Positions 9,621 through 18,723 of a stretch of DNA of 64,000 bases are shown here, in pieces. The stretch comes from a virus. Its lineage: Duplodnaviria; Caudoviricetes. The notes beneath the pieces are model-generated. The model ran no database searches, was not told the DNA's origin, and saw nothing but the letters and a program-made list of their open reading frames with translations. Both the position numbers and the translations under genes were made by a program. Where the stretch lies: positions 10,576 through 74,575 of IMG/VR virus record IMGVR_UViG_3300029818_000001, one strand, 5' to 3'. Each line of letters starts with the position of its first letter. Within the stretch, counting starts at the first letter, position 1.

Positions 9621-10060
9621 ATATTACCGGTCGCGGTCTGGATGTGCTTTTAAAGAATGAATTGAAAAGGTCTAGCGAGGGTGCCCGCGATGCTCTTAAG
9701 CGTGGCGCTGAAAAAGTCGCTAATCGAGCCAAAGAATATGTGCCAGTTGATGAGTATAACCTGGAGAGTGCAATCGAGGTTAAAGACCCAGAGAGAGACT
9801 TGCAAAGGAGTGGGCGCTACATTTTTATAGTTGGCGTTAAAGATGGTAGCCCGGTGCCTTCCAGACCCGGCGTGACCGTGGGCGATTACGCTTATTGGAT
9901 TCATGACGCCACATACAATCTTGGTCCGAGATCAGAACAGAAAGCGCAAGAGACGGGTAAAAAGGTTGGGCCTAAATATCTCGAACGCGCTTGGCTTGAG
10001 TTAGAGAGTGAGATTGAGAGAGATGTTATGGATAACGCACATAAAAGGATTGGGAAATGA
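9611..10060 (+). CDS. HK97 gp10-like neck protein
   Basis: VPVDEYNLESAI and KYLERA motifs; ATG at 9611 preferred over 9590. Confidence 0.7.
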   Translation: MGVNITGRGLDVLLKNELKRSSEGARDALKRGAEKVANRAKEYVPVDEYNLESAIEVKDPERDLQRSGRYIFIVGVKDGSPVPSRPGVTVGDYAYWIHDATYNLGPRSEQKAQETGKKVGPKYLERAWLELESEIERDVMDNAHKRIGK

Positions 10061-10431
10061 ATTTAGAGCCTTTCTATCAATTGGTTAAGACGGCTCTGCC
10101 GCAAGAGAGAGGTCTCTATAAGGCTCACATGCCAAATAATGTTAAGCGAGGCATTCTAATTCTGCATCAATTGAGCGGCGCAACTATCGACCCCAATTTG
10201 CCTAATTACCGTAAAACACGCTTTCAGGCGATCATCAGAGAGACCAGCTTCCAAAGCGGCTATGACTTGGCAAAGCAAGTTTCAGCCGCTTTGGAAGTGG
10301 CTAGAGTGACTGTTGGAACAGTCTATATTCACTTCGTTAGACCGCTGCATGATCCTGTGGGTTTTCCACGAGCAGACAGTGGGTTCATCGAGTTTTCCGT
10401 CAATTTTGAGACGGCTTATGTTGACCATTAA
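10057..10431 (+). CDS. Tail terminator/minor tail protein
   Basis: 124 aa between neck and tail tube; RFQAIIR...SVNF pattern. Confidence 0.6.
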   Translation: MNLEPFYQLVKTALPQERGLYKAHMPNNVKRGILILHQLSGATIDPNLPNYRKTRFQAIIRETSFQSGYDLAKQVSAALEVARVTVGTVYIHFVRPLHDPVGFPRADSGFIEFSVNFETAYVDH

Positions 10432-10445
10432 GGAGATTTTTTTAC

Positions 10446-10973
10446 ATGGCAAGTAGCACAGAGAATGTAAAGCTTGGCGTTTGCAAGATTACTTACAAAG
10501 GCCAGGACTTAGGATACACAAAGGGTGGCGTAAGTGTCGACGTAACGACCGACACTTATGCTGTTACGGTCGATCAGTTTGGCGAGTCCGTCATTAACGA
10601 ATACATCACTAAGCGCGACATCAAAGTGGAGTGTCCACTGGCAGAAACCACGTTGGAAAACTTGGTTAATATTATGCCTGGCGCCTCGCTGGTAACGGAT
10701 GACGTCGACTCAACCAAAAAGCGCGTGGATGTTACCAACGGCATCGGCACCAACTTATTGTCCATTGCTGGCGAGCTTCGCTTGCACCCAATTGAGTTGG
10801 ACGATGCGGATCAGTCGGAAGACTTGGTAATCCCATTGGCTGCAACAGCCGGTGCGATGAAGTTCAGTTACAAGCATGACGAGGAGCGTGTGTTTAACAC
10901 CTCTTTCATGGGCTACCCTGACTCTGCGACCAACATTCTGTATTCGTTGGGCGACACGACCGCAGAGGCTTAA
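10446..10973 (+). CDS. Major tail tube protein
   Basis: LGVCKITY, LGYTKGGV and DQFG motifs; precedes the chaperones and tape measure. Confidence 0.8.
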   Translation: MASSTENVKLGVCKITYKGQDLGYTKGGVSVDVTTDTYAVTVDQFGESVINEYITKRDIKVECPLAETTLENLVNIMPGASLVTDDVDSTKKRVDVTNGIGTNLLSIAGELRLHPIELDDADQSEDLVIPLAATAGAMKFSYKHDEERVFNTSFMGYPDSATNILYSLGDTTAEA

Positions 10974-10977
10974 TTGT

Positions 10978-10993
10978 AAGTCATTCGTGACTT
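10978..10993. promoter_or_regulatory. Palindromic operator-like site (perfect)
   Basis: AAGTCA-TTCG-TGACTT. Confidence 0.7.
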
Positions 10994-11009
10994 TGTAAAT
11001 ATCAACGTA

Positions 11010-11038
11010 AAGCCCCTTGAATTAAAGGGGCTTGTTTT
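11010..11038 (+). terminator. Probable terminator after tail tube gene
   Basis: AAGCCCCTT-GAATTA-AAGGGGCTT followed by GTTTT. Confidence 0.65.
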
Positions 11039-11049
11039 GGAGAGTGAAG

Positions 11050-11418
11050 GTGGCAAAGATTTTAAACCTAGATGGTTTGAGCGAAGAAAAAGAAGTAAAG
11101 CTAATTATCGATGGGAACTCTCATCCGCTGAAAAAAATCAGCGTGGCAGACTTCATCAAGCTGGTTAAGCGTCAGGAAGAGATGGAAAAGCGCGAAACTG
11201 AGTTTGAAAAGAGAGGCGAGCATTTGCCTATTTACGAAAAGATCGAGTTTATGGCGGAGTCGGCAGCGGTCAGCTTCCCAACCATCGGCATCGATCGACT
11301 CAAAGAATTAACGATTGATGAGTTATACACCATCGTCGACTTTGCAAGAGAGGCCTCGATGCCGGACGCCGAAGAGACCGATGATGAAAAAAAGAGTCAG
11401 GCCCGAGAGAGCGCATAA
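11050..11418 (+). CDS. Tail assembly chaperone (gpG analogue)
   Basis: Between tube and tape measure; GTG at 11050 after GAAG preferred; slippery site near the 3' end. Confidence 0.75.
   Translation: MAKILNLDGLSEEKEVKLIIDGNSHPLKKISVADFIKLVKRQEEMEKRETEFEKRGEHLPIYEKIEFMAESAAVSFPTIGIDRLKELTIDELYTIVDFAREASMPDAEETDDEKKSQARESA
11388..11394 (+). promoter_or_regulatory. -1 programmed ribosomal frameshift site A AAA AAG
   Basis: In frame GAA AAA AAG; the -1 frame is closed by TGA at 11385-11387 and open from 11388 to 11711. Confidence 0.85.
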
Positions 11419-11711
11419 TATCTCTCGACTTTGGTTTTCTATTTTGCCGCGTGTCGGCCTACTATGGGCTATCCGATGACTCTTTATTGAGTATGCCAAT
11501 CAAGCGGTTTTGGCTATTTAGCGAGTGCATTGACCGCCTTCAGGCTTCCGATGACTTGCGAGCCATTAGAGTAGTCTCGGCGACAAGCAGCAAAGAGGCG
11601 TCTGACTCAACTATACCAAAACTTGTCGAATCGGTCGGCACGGTTGTTATAAAGGATTATGCTCGCGACCCAAGAGCAACAGAGCGTCTACGGGCGATGA
11701 TGAAAAGGTAA
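11388..11711 (+). CDS. Frameshift extension of tail chaperone (gpGT analogue)
   Basis: -1 frame reads KKESGPRERIISLDFGFLFCRVSAYYG..., continuous with the ORF-track 11451..11711. Confidence 0.8.
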   Translation, partial: KKESGPRERIISLDFGFLFCRVSAYYGLSDDSLLSMPIKRFWLFSECIDRLQASDDLRAIRVVSATSSKEASDSTIPKLVESVGTVVIKDYARDPRATERLRAMMKR

Positions 11712-11731
11712 ATGGAACGCAAGAGGCAAGG

Positions 11732-14700
11732 ATGAGCTTAGGTAAAATATCGATAGAGTTAGAGCTGAAGGATGGCAAGTTTGAGGCGAGAGCGATAAAA
11801 GCTGGCGCCGCCATCCGAGGGATGGAGACGGATTTCGCTCAACTCGACAGACGGGTCAAGGGCGTTGAGAGAACTATTGGCGGTTTTTTACCTAAGATTC
11901 GCGATTTGTCGATTGTAACGGCGGCAACTCATTCGATCATACATACCATTAATGGGACGATGATCGCTTGGACAAGTAGCGTCATTAATGCGAATGCTGA
12001 AATTGAGCGCATGAGCGCGCTCCTTCAGGGCTTGAGTTCCAGTCTGACCACCGATGGGCACATTAAAGAGGTCGCTGACGATATGGGCTATCTATTCGAC
12101 ATGGCTCAGAAGGCGCCCTTCTCGATAAAAGAGTTATCCAATTCTTTTGTGAAGATGAAGTCGGCTGGTCTTGAGGATGTCGATAAGAAGCTGGTGTCGA
12201 TCACCAACGCCATCGCCCGGTTTGGCGGCAATGACGAAATTCTTCATAGAGCCACCATTGCGATTCAACAAATGGCGTCAAAAGGCGTCATATCGATGGA
12301 AGAGTTGCGTCAGCAGTTGGGCGAGGCCGTTCCTAACGCCATGAATCTCATGGCTGACGGTCTTGGCATGCCCATGCAAAAAATGGTCGATCTGATTTCT
12401 CAGGGTCGAGTTAAAGCGGTCCCCGCTATCGACGCCATGATGGAGGAAATGGATCGAACCATGAGCGGTGCCGCCGTGCGCATGATGGATACTTGGAACG
12501 GCATGATGTCGCAGTTCTCAACCAAGTGGGCGCTGTTGCAAAAGCAGATCGGTGACGCAGGCTTTTTCGGCGCAGCTAAAGAAGGTATGGGTGAGGTTTT
12601 AAACTTCATGGATAGCGATAGCGCGCTAATAGCCATGAAGGCGGTTGGCGACGCCATGCGCGATGTCATCGAGGCCACCAAGCAAGCTGTTGTCTTTTTT
12701 AAGGAATATGGCGATATCATTCTGACGGTCGCGAAGGCGCTTGGGACTTTCTATACCACAGCTAAGATCGCCAGCTTTGGCGTAGCTGTGCTTAATCCAA
12801 AAAATATTAAAGCTGCCGCTGACGCCTTTAAAGGGTGGGGCGCCGCGATCTTGGAAGCAAGTGCGGCATCTCGAACGGTGATTACGCCCACCAAGCACAT
12901 GATGGGGATCGTTTTAGAGACTGCGACCTCAGTTCAGAAGGTTACACTAGGCACTCGCGCTTGGGGCGCAGCATTGGCTGCATTGGGTGGGCACGTTGGT
13001 GTTGCTATTGCCGGATTGACAGCTCTTTATTACGGCTACGAGGCGCTTAAGCCGAAGATTAATGAGTCGCTAGAGGCTGTCAAGAAATACGGTCGAGAGT
13101 TGGACGATATGGGCAAAATAAAGCCCAAGTTGTTCGATAAGAAAAGTATTGATGAGGCTGCTAGTGGGTTGAGATTTCTGAGAGAGGAATCTGAGAGAAC
13201 CAAGGCTAAGCTCAAGCAGATGGAGGCTGATAATATTCGGCTCCATCCAATCGCAAGAGGTCCAAATTTCGATAAAGATTTGGGGGAAGCGCGTCAGAGA
13301 ATGGCCGATATAACCGAGGAGATTAAAAACGCTCAGGTCAATATCGAAGACAGTATGAGCGCTCTGATCGACAGGGGAGTAAGGCGTCGCATCTCTATTA
13401 TGGAGAATGAGCGAGATGAGTCGATCGATATTTTCGGTCAGACCTACAAGCAGAAGGTTGATTTCGCTCGCAAAGAGCGCGAAGCGATTATTTCGGCAGG
13501 TGGCGATATAGAAAAGGCTGAAGCCGAATTTAACGAAACCAAGAGGAAGGCGGCTGAGGAGCTATATGTTTCGCGCACCGATGCTCTGAAAAAATATGTG
13601 TCTCAGTATGAGGCGCAAATGACTCAATTGGTTAATAAGAGCCAAGATATCGCGGTTTTAAGTGATGTCGATGTCAAGATAAAAATCAACGAAGAGTCTC
13701 TGGCGAATTTACAGCAGGATTATCTTAATTTGAAGGTTGCTATTGAAAACGCAACCACTCCAGACAGAAAGAGAGAGCTGGAGAATCAATTAAAAGATAT
13801 TACCAAAGAGATAAAGGGCGCCTCATCAGCTCTCGATAATTTAAAAAGACTACGCGATGGAATTCTAGGGAATCCAATAAGCGAAGATGACATTATAGCG
13901 TATAACTCAATCATGAGATCGATATCCGACGTTAATGGTAAGTTGACGGACATGGATGGCATTCTTGACAAATTGAGAAGCGGCGAGCCTATAAATGTCG
14001 ATGCCATAATCGATACTAACGTCGGCAAGCAAGCTACGGAGGCTATGGCTCAAGCTCGAAACGCCTATATAAAGGAAAGCAAGGCTCTTCTCAACAAGAA
14101 GAGAGAGGTTGCTGTGCTCATGAAAGAGCCTGATGGCTCCGCCTCTGGAAAGCATGCCGCAAGCCTAGAGGCGCAATTTAAAATTCAAGAGGATGCGCAG
14201 AAGAAGCATAATGAGCTAACTCTTGAACAGCTACAAAAGGTTGACCTTGCGATAGCGGATAGTGTCGATAGCTGGGACGGCATGGGGAAAAAGCTTACAG
14301 AGATTTACGCGCTTAATCGCAGAATAGCCGAGGAAGAGTTTAGAGCGAGAAAGGCTCTAAACCCTAGAGAGGCTAAGGAAATTGATAATTCGGACGCGAT
14401 AAGAGAGAGTGAGCGCCTTCAATCGAAGCTGAACAGTTTAAGAGATGAGGCGGAAAGAGTCTCTGCCACGCCAAGTGTCGAAAACACAGATGCGCTGATG
14501 GCCATTAGAGAGAAGGTCAAGGAAACAGAAAAAGAACTTCAAATAAATGACCAGCTTATCGCCAAGATAGATGAGGCAAATGACGCCTATCGAAGAAGCG
14601 CCAATGTAAAAGCTGATGTGGCTGATAAGAAAAAGGCTGAAGCGGCAGCTGAAAGAGACCGCATTGGGAGAGAAAAGCTTTCCGAGCAAGAGATGAGACA

Positions 14701-16276
14701 GGCCGAGCGCCGCGAAAAATGGCTGGCCGATCAAAAAATTAGCATACTCGATGAAACAAAGCGTCTGACTCGTGAGAATCTTGAAGATGGCACGGAGGCA
14801 TATCGCCAGGCCACTGACGATCGCATCGAGCATTTCAGAAGACAGGCTATAGCGCAAGCGGAGCTTACCGGGCTTGGCAGGAAGGGCAAGGAGAAGGAGT
14901 TTGAGAGCTTCGTTGATCGCGCTACTGCCGAGCTTAAGGAGAAAGAAGCGAATCGCCGAATAGAGGAAGATAAGGCGCGACATAGCGAGATAATCAGAGG
15001 CTTGGATGACGAGATTTACAGCTCACGTCTGGAGCTAATAGAGGACTCTTTCGATCGGGAAAGACAACTATTGGATCGACGCTTTGACCTGATGCGGAGA
15101 GATGCGGAGAGAGAGGTTGAGCTTGGCGAAAACAAAATCGAGAGACTGAATAAGATCGAAGAGTTGCGCCGGCTCGAAGTTCAAAAGCTGGCGCAGTCGC
15201 ATCGCACCGAGTTTGGCAAAATGATGAGTGAAACTCAGCGATTCGAAGACCTGATGTCTGACGTAGGTATGTCGTTTGTTGACGGGTGGACGGACGGCTT
15301 TGCGAGATTGGCCTTCGCCAGTGAGGCGAGCTTTAAGGATATGGCGACTGCCATCATCAAGCAAATCGGCATTTTAATCATCAAGTATTACGCTCTCGCC
15401 GTTGCCAAAATGATTGCCGGTGCGCTTGGCGCAGGTGCGGGAGCAGCAGCGGGCGGCGGCACAGTTAATGGGATTGTGCCACAGGCGTCTTCGAATATCG
15501 GCAGCGGCTTTGCGAGCAATATGTTTCCCAATGCAGATGGCGGCGTAATGCCAATCAGAAAGTTCGCCAAGGGCGGCGTGATGAATGAGAAGACCGCCAA
15601 ATTGCTCTCTAAGGCGCCCGTCATGAGCAAGACTGATATGTTAGCTGGCGGCGTCAAAAACACACCACAGGTGGCCTTGTTTGCCGAGACGGATGTGCCA
15701 GAGGCTTTCATTCCGATGCCGAATGGCGCGATTCCTCTGTCGGTATCGCGCGGCAAAGATGGCAGCATTACCGGCTCGATTCCTTTGCCGAGCGGTCAGA
15801 TTTTACCTACCAAGATTGTCGAGGACAAAAGCGTTAAGGCTTTTGCAAAGGGCGGGGCCGTAGGGAGAGTTAGAGCGTCGAGCGTCGGTGGATTCGCCAG
15901 TGCGTCAACTATTGACTCTGGAGCCATCGTCAGTCAATTGATTCGCGTCGAAGAGGCCATTAATCGACTTGGCAATGTAGCGATGTCCTCAATCCCAAGC
16001 TCAATCGTTGGGAGTGATATGACGCAAACTCAAAACATTAATGGTTCCATCAATCCGTCAGGAATGTCTCAGTTGGCGGGGTCCGTCTCGAACATCGCAC
16101 CAGAGATAAACATTTCCGTGAATGTCGCCAGCGACGGCAGACGCGAAGAGGGCGACTCAGGTGGCAACGATCAAGCCGGCGCATGGACTAAGATGGCAAA
16201 GCAAATCGAAGGCGTAGTTGTCGGCGAGATCGTTAAGCAAAAGCGCCCTGGTGGATTGCTTTACCAAGGGCGCTAA
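11732..16276 (+). CDS. Tape measure protein
   Basis: 1514 aa, N-terminal tape-measure domain (APFSIKEL...SKGVISMEELRQQLGE), long helical region, follows the chaperones. Confidence 0.95.
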   Translation: MSLGKISIELELKDGKFEARAIKAGAAIRGMETDFAQLDRRVKGVERTIGGFLPKIRDLSIVTAATHSIIHTINGTMIAWTSSVINANAEIERMSALLQGLSSSLTTDGHIKEVADDMGYLFDMAQKAPFSIKELSNSFVKMKSAGLEDVDKKLVSITNAIARFGGNDEILHRATIAIQQMASKGVISMEELRQQLGEAVPNAMNLMADGLGMPMQKMVDLISQGRVKAVPAIDAMMEEMDRTMSGAAVRMMDTWNGMMSQFSTKWALLQKQIGDAGFFGAAKEGMGEVLNFMDSDSALIAMKAVGDAMRDVIEATKQAVVFFKEYGDIILTVAKALGTFYTTAKIASFGVAVLNPKNIKAAADAFKGWGAAILEASAASRTVITPTKHMMGIVLETATSVQKVTLGTRAWGAALAALGGHVGVAIAGLTALYYGYEALKPKINESLEAVKKYGRELDDMGKIKPKLFDKKSIDEAASGLRFLREESERTKAKLKQMEADNIRLHPIARGPNFDKDLGEARQRMADITEEIKNAQVNIEDSMSALIDRGVRRRISIMENERDESIDIFGQTYKQKVDFARKEREAIISAGGDIEKAEAEFNETKRKAAEELYVSRTDALKKYVSQYEAQMTQLVNKSQDIAVLSDVDVKIKINEESLANLQQDYLNLKVAIENATTPDRKRELENQLKDITKEIKGASSALDNLKRLRDGILGNPISEDDIIAYNSIMRSISDVNGKLTDMDGILDKLRSGEPINVDAIIDTNVGKQATEAMAQARNAYIKESKALLNKKREVAVLMKEPDGSASGKHAASLEAQFKIQEDAQKKHNELTLEQLQKVDLAIADSVDSWDGMGKKLTEIYALNRRIAEEEFRARKALNPREAKEIDNSDAIRESERLQSKLNSLRDEAERVSATPSVENTDALMAIREKVKETEKELQINDQLIAKIDEANDAYRRSANVKADVADKKKAEAAAERDRIGREKLSEQEMRQAERREKWLADQKISILDETKRLTRENLEDGTEAYRQATDDRIEHFRRQAIAQAELTGLGRKGKEKEFESFVDRATAELKEKEANRRIEEDKARHSEIIRGLDDEIYSSRLELIEDSFDRERQLLDRRFDLMRRDAEREVELGENKIERLNKIEELRRLEVQKLAQSHRTEFGKMMSETQRFEDLMSDVGMSFVDGWTDGFARLAFASEASFKDMATAIIKQIGILIIKYYALAVAKMIAGALGAGAGAAAGGGTVNGIVPQASSNIGSGFASNMFPNADGGVMPIRKFAKGGVMNEKTAKLLSKAPVMSKTDMLAGGVKNTPQVALFAETDVPEAFIPMPNGAIPLSVSRGKDGSITGSIPLPSGQILPTKIVEDKSVKAFAKGGAVGRVRASSVGGFASASTIDSGAIVSQLIRVEEAINRLGNVAMSSIPSSIVGSDMTQTQNINGSINPSGMSQLAGSVSNIAPEINISVNVASDGRREEGDSGGNDQAGAWTKMAKQIEGVVVGEIVKQKRPGGLLYQGR

Positions 16277-16293
16277 TTCCTCTACAATAAGAT

Positions 16294-16309
16294 AAGTCAC
16301 AGGTGATAT
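16294..16309. promoter_or_regulatory. Operator-like site overlapping a -10-like TATACT
   Basis: AAGTCA-CAGG-TGATAT; TATACT at 16307-16312. Confidence 0.55.
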
Positions 16310-16317
16310 ACTAAGAT

Positions 16318-16650
16318 ATGGCTAAACAAGTTTTTACATGGCTCCCGGATATTGATTGGGACCTGGATCATGAGCCAAGAGTTAGCTCAGTCGAGTTTGG
16401 CGAATACGAGCAACGTATTCGTCATGGCATTAACAGCGATCCGCTCAAGTTCGACTTGACCTTTACCAGAAGCAAGTCGGAGATCGACGCGATTAATCAA
16501 TTTCTCAAGACTCATGGCGGCGCCGACAGCTTTCAGTGGACCACGCCACAGTCTTACGTTGGGCTATTCGTGGCGAGAAAGTGGCGAATTAGACCGCATG
16601 AAGAGTCTTTGCGCAGACTATCGGTGGTATTTGAGGAGGTGTATAGCTAG
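16318..16650 (+). CDS. Distal tail protein, lambda gpM-like
   Basis: FTWLPD, VEFGEYEQR, FLKTHGGADSFQWT motifs. Confidence 0.85.
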   Translation: MAKQVFTWLPDIDWDLDHEPRVSSVEFGEYEQRIRHGINSDPLKFDLTFTRSKSEIDAINQFLKTHGGADSFQWTTPQSYVGLFVARKWRIRPHEESLRRLSVVFEEVYS

Positions 16651-17360
16651 TGTCAACCTCTGAGATTATTAAGGATATTCAGTCGCTATCGATGGACGCC
16701 GTTGTCGAGCTGTTTACACTCGACTTTACCAACATTCAGGCGGGCGGAATATTGAGATTTCACGCTGGAACGAACGAGTTGAGACAAAACGTCATTTGGC
16801 AGGGTAATGAATATTACGCAATGCCAATCGAGGCGGAAGGCTTTGAGAAACTAACTCAGGGAACTCTGCCTAGGCCAAAGATTCGTGTCGCCAATACGGA
16901 TGGCGCACTTAGCGCTCAAGTTGCTGCGGCAGACGATCTTGTTGGCTGCAAGGTTATAAGAAAGCGCACCTTGGTTAAATATCTGGATGCCGTCAACTTC
17001 ACTGGCGGTGTGAATCCATTAGCAAACCCCAATCAGCACTTTCCTGATGACGTTTGGTATGTCGAGCAAAAGCTTTCTGAGAATCGGCTGTCTATCGAGT
17101 GGGAGCTTAGCTCTGTGCTTGATTTACAAGGTGTGATGTTGCCAAGAAGACAAATCATTATGAATTCGTGCTCATGGGAATACAAGGGTGAAAATTGCGG
17201 ATACTCAGGCTCAGATTATTTCAATGCTCAAGACCTTCCTACGAACATGAGTAATGACGTGTGCGGGAAGAGATTGAACTCCTGCAAGATTCGGTCAAGC
17301 GGCTTTTCTGGCGGCGTCTTGCCGTTCGGAGGCTTCCCTGGAGCTAAGAGATATGATTAA
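16650..17360 (+). CDS. Tail tip protein, lambda gpL-like
   Basis: VELFTLD, LPRRQI, Cys pattern CSWEY..CGY..CGKRLNSC, FGGFPG. Confidence 0.9.
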   Translation: MSTSEIIKDIQSLSMDAVVELFTLDFTNIQAGGILRFHAGTNELRQNVIWQGNEYYAMPIEAEGFEKLTQGTLPRPKIRVANTDGALSAQVAAADDLVGCKVIRKRTLVKYLDAVNFTGGVNPLANPNQHFPDDVWYVEQKLSENRLSIEWELSSVLDLQGVMLPRRQIIMNSCSWEYKGENCGYSGSDYFNAQDLPTNMSNDVCGKRLNSCKIRSSGFSGGVLPFGGFPGAKRYD

Positions 17361-18105
17361 CAGATTAAATAAGCGGATTGTGTCGCTTGTTCGTGCGGAA
17401 GCCAAAAGACGCTATCCAGAAGAGGCATGTGGGCTAGTTATAAGATCGAATAGAGGCTTCGTGGGCGTCTCTTGCAAGAATGTAGCTGACGAGCCTTGTG
17501 GCAATTTTGTTATTTCCTCCGCAGAGTTTACCAGTATCGCTGACAGAGGCGAGATAGTCGCTGTCTGGCACACTCATATCGACCGCCCCCCAACACCATC
17601 CGTTATCGACATTTTTGGCTGCAATGCCACCGACGTTAATTGGTTCATTGTCGCGATTCAAAAAACCGATGATGATTTCGAGATAAGCGAGCCTTATCTG
17701 CTAAAGCCTAATCAAGATACGGGCTACATTGGCAGACCTTACGCCTACGGCTTCTATGACTGCTTCACAATAGCTGAAAGCTATTATCGCAAGGAGTTTG
17801 GCATTGTCTTTTCTCATAAGCCCTCTGGCTACCCAGAGATCGAGGATTGGTATAAGAAAGGCATGAATCTTTTGGAGGATAACTTCGAGAAGAATGGCTT
17901 TGTTCGTCTGATCGACACCAAGCCGATCGAGGGCGATATCTTATTGATTCAAATGGGTAGCGACGTGCCAAACCATATTGCCATCTATGTCGGAGATAAC
18001 CGCATTTTACACCACTGTGCGGGCAAATTGTCTAGCGTTGACTTCTACGGTGGGTATTGGAAGAAACATACGACGCATCACCTGCGTCACGAAAATAGGA
18101 TTTGA
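17353..18105 (+). CDS. Tail assembly protein, lambda gpK-like (JAB/MPN + NlpC/P60)
   Basis: EACG and HTH..PS..D JAB motif; DCF...NHIAIY NlpC/P60 motif. Confidence 0.9.
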   Translation: MINRLNKRIVSLVRAEAKRRYPEEACGLVIRSNRGFVGVSCKNVADEPCGNFVISSAEFTSIADRGEIVAVWHTHIDRPPTPSVIDIFGCNATDVNWFIVAIQKTDDDFEISEPYLLKPNQDTGYIGRPYAYGFYDCFTIAESYYRKEFGIVFSHKPSGYPEIEDWYKKGMNLLEDNFEKNGFVRLIDTKPIEGDILLIQMGSDVPNHIAIYVGDNRILHHCAGKLSSVDFYGGYWKKHTTHHLRHENRI

Positions 18106-18108
18106 TGA

Positions 18109-18723
18109 ATGCTGACTAAGATAATTCTAGATGGACCGATGGGTAAGAGATTTGGCCGCGAGTGGAATCTTGCCGTAAATTCGCCAGCAGATGCGTTGAG
18201 AATGATAGATGCCAATAAGTCAGGCGTCTTTGTGTGGATTCGCGACAATTTGGACAAATACGAGGGTTATCAGATCATTTGTAAACATGAGGATGGCTCC
18301 GAAGAGTATCTAAATAACGACACGTTCGAGTTGGAGAGAAAGCTGAAGGAGATTCGCTTTGTTCCGACCGTAGTGGGGGCCGGTGGCAACAATAAAGGCA
18401 TGGGCGCTTTGCAGATAGTTTTAGGCATTGTCATCATTATCGCGGCCATTTGGACCGGCGGCATGGCTGCCGCCGCCATTCCTGGCGTATTGGCGGGTGT
18501 CAGCATGATTGCCAGCGGTATCGTTACCATGCTAACCACGATGCCCAAGCCGGGCGATATGTCGGATACGGAGCGTAGAGATGGAACGTCTTACTATTTC
18601 GACGGGCCGACCAATACATCTATGGAAGGTGTGCCGGTGCCCTTAATAATAGGCCGGTGTCTAGTTGGATCTCACCCAATTTATGTCAATTTAACAGTGG
18701 ATGATAAGGTAAAAGGATCATGA
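18109..18723 (+). CDS. Tail assembly protein, lambda gpI-like (ubiquitin-like fold + hydrophobic segment)
   Basis: N-terminal domain ending FVPTVVGAGG, hydrophobic stretch, GVPVPLIIG. Confidence 0.9.
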   Translation: MLTKIILDGPMGKRFGREWNLAVNSPADALRMIDANKSGVFVWIRDNLDKYEGYQIICKHEDGSEEYLNNDTFELERKLKEIRFVPTVVGAGGNNKGMGALQIVLGIVIIIAAIWTGGMAAAAIPGVLAGVSMIASGIVTMLTTMPKPGDMSDTERRDGTSYYFDGPTNTSMEGVPVPLIIGRCLVGSHPIYVNLTVDDKVKGS

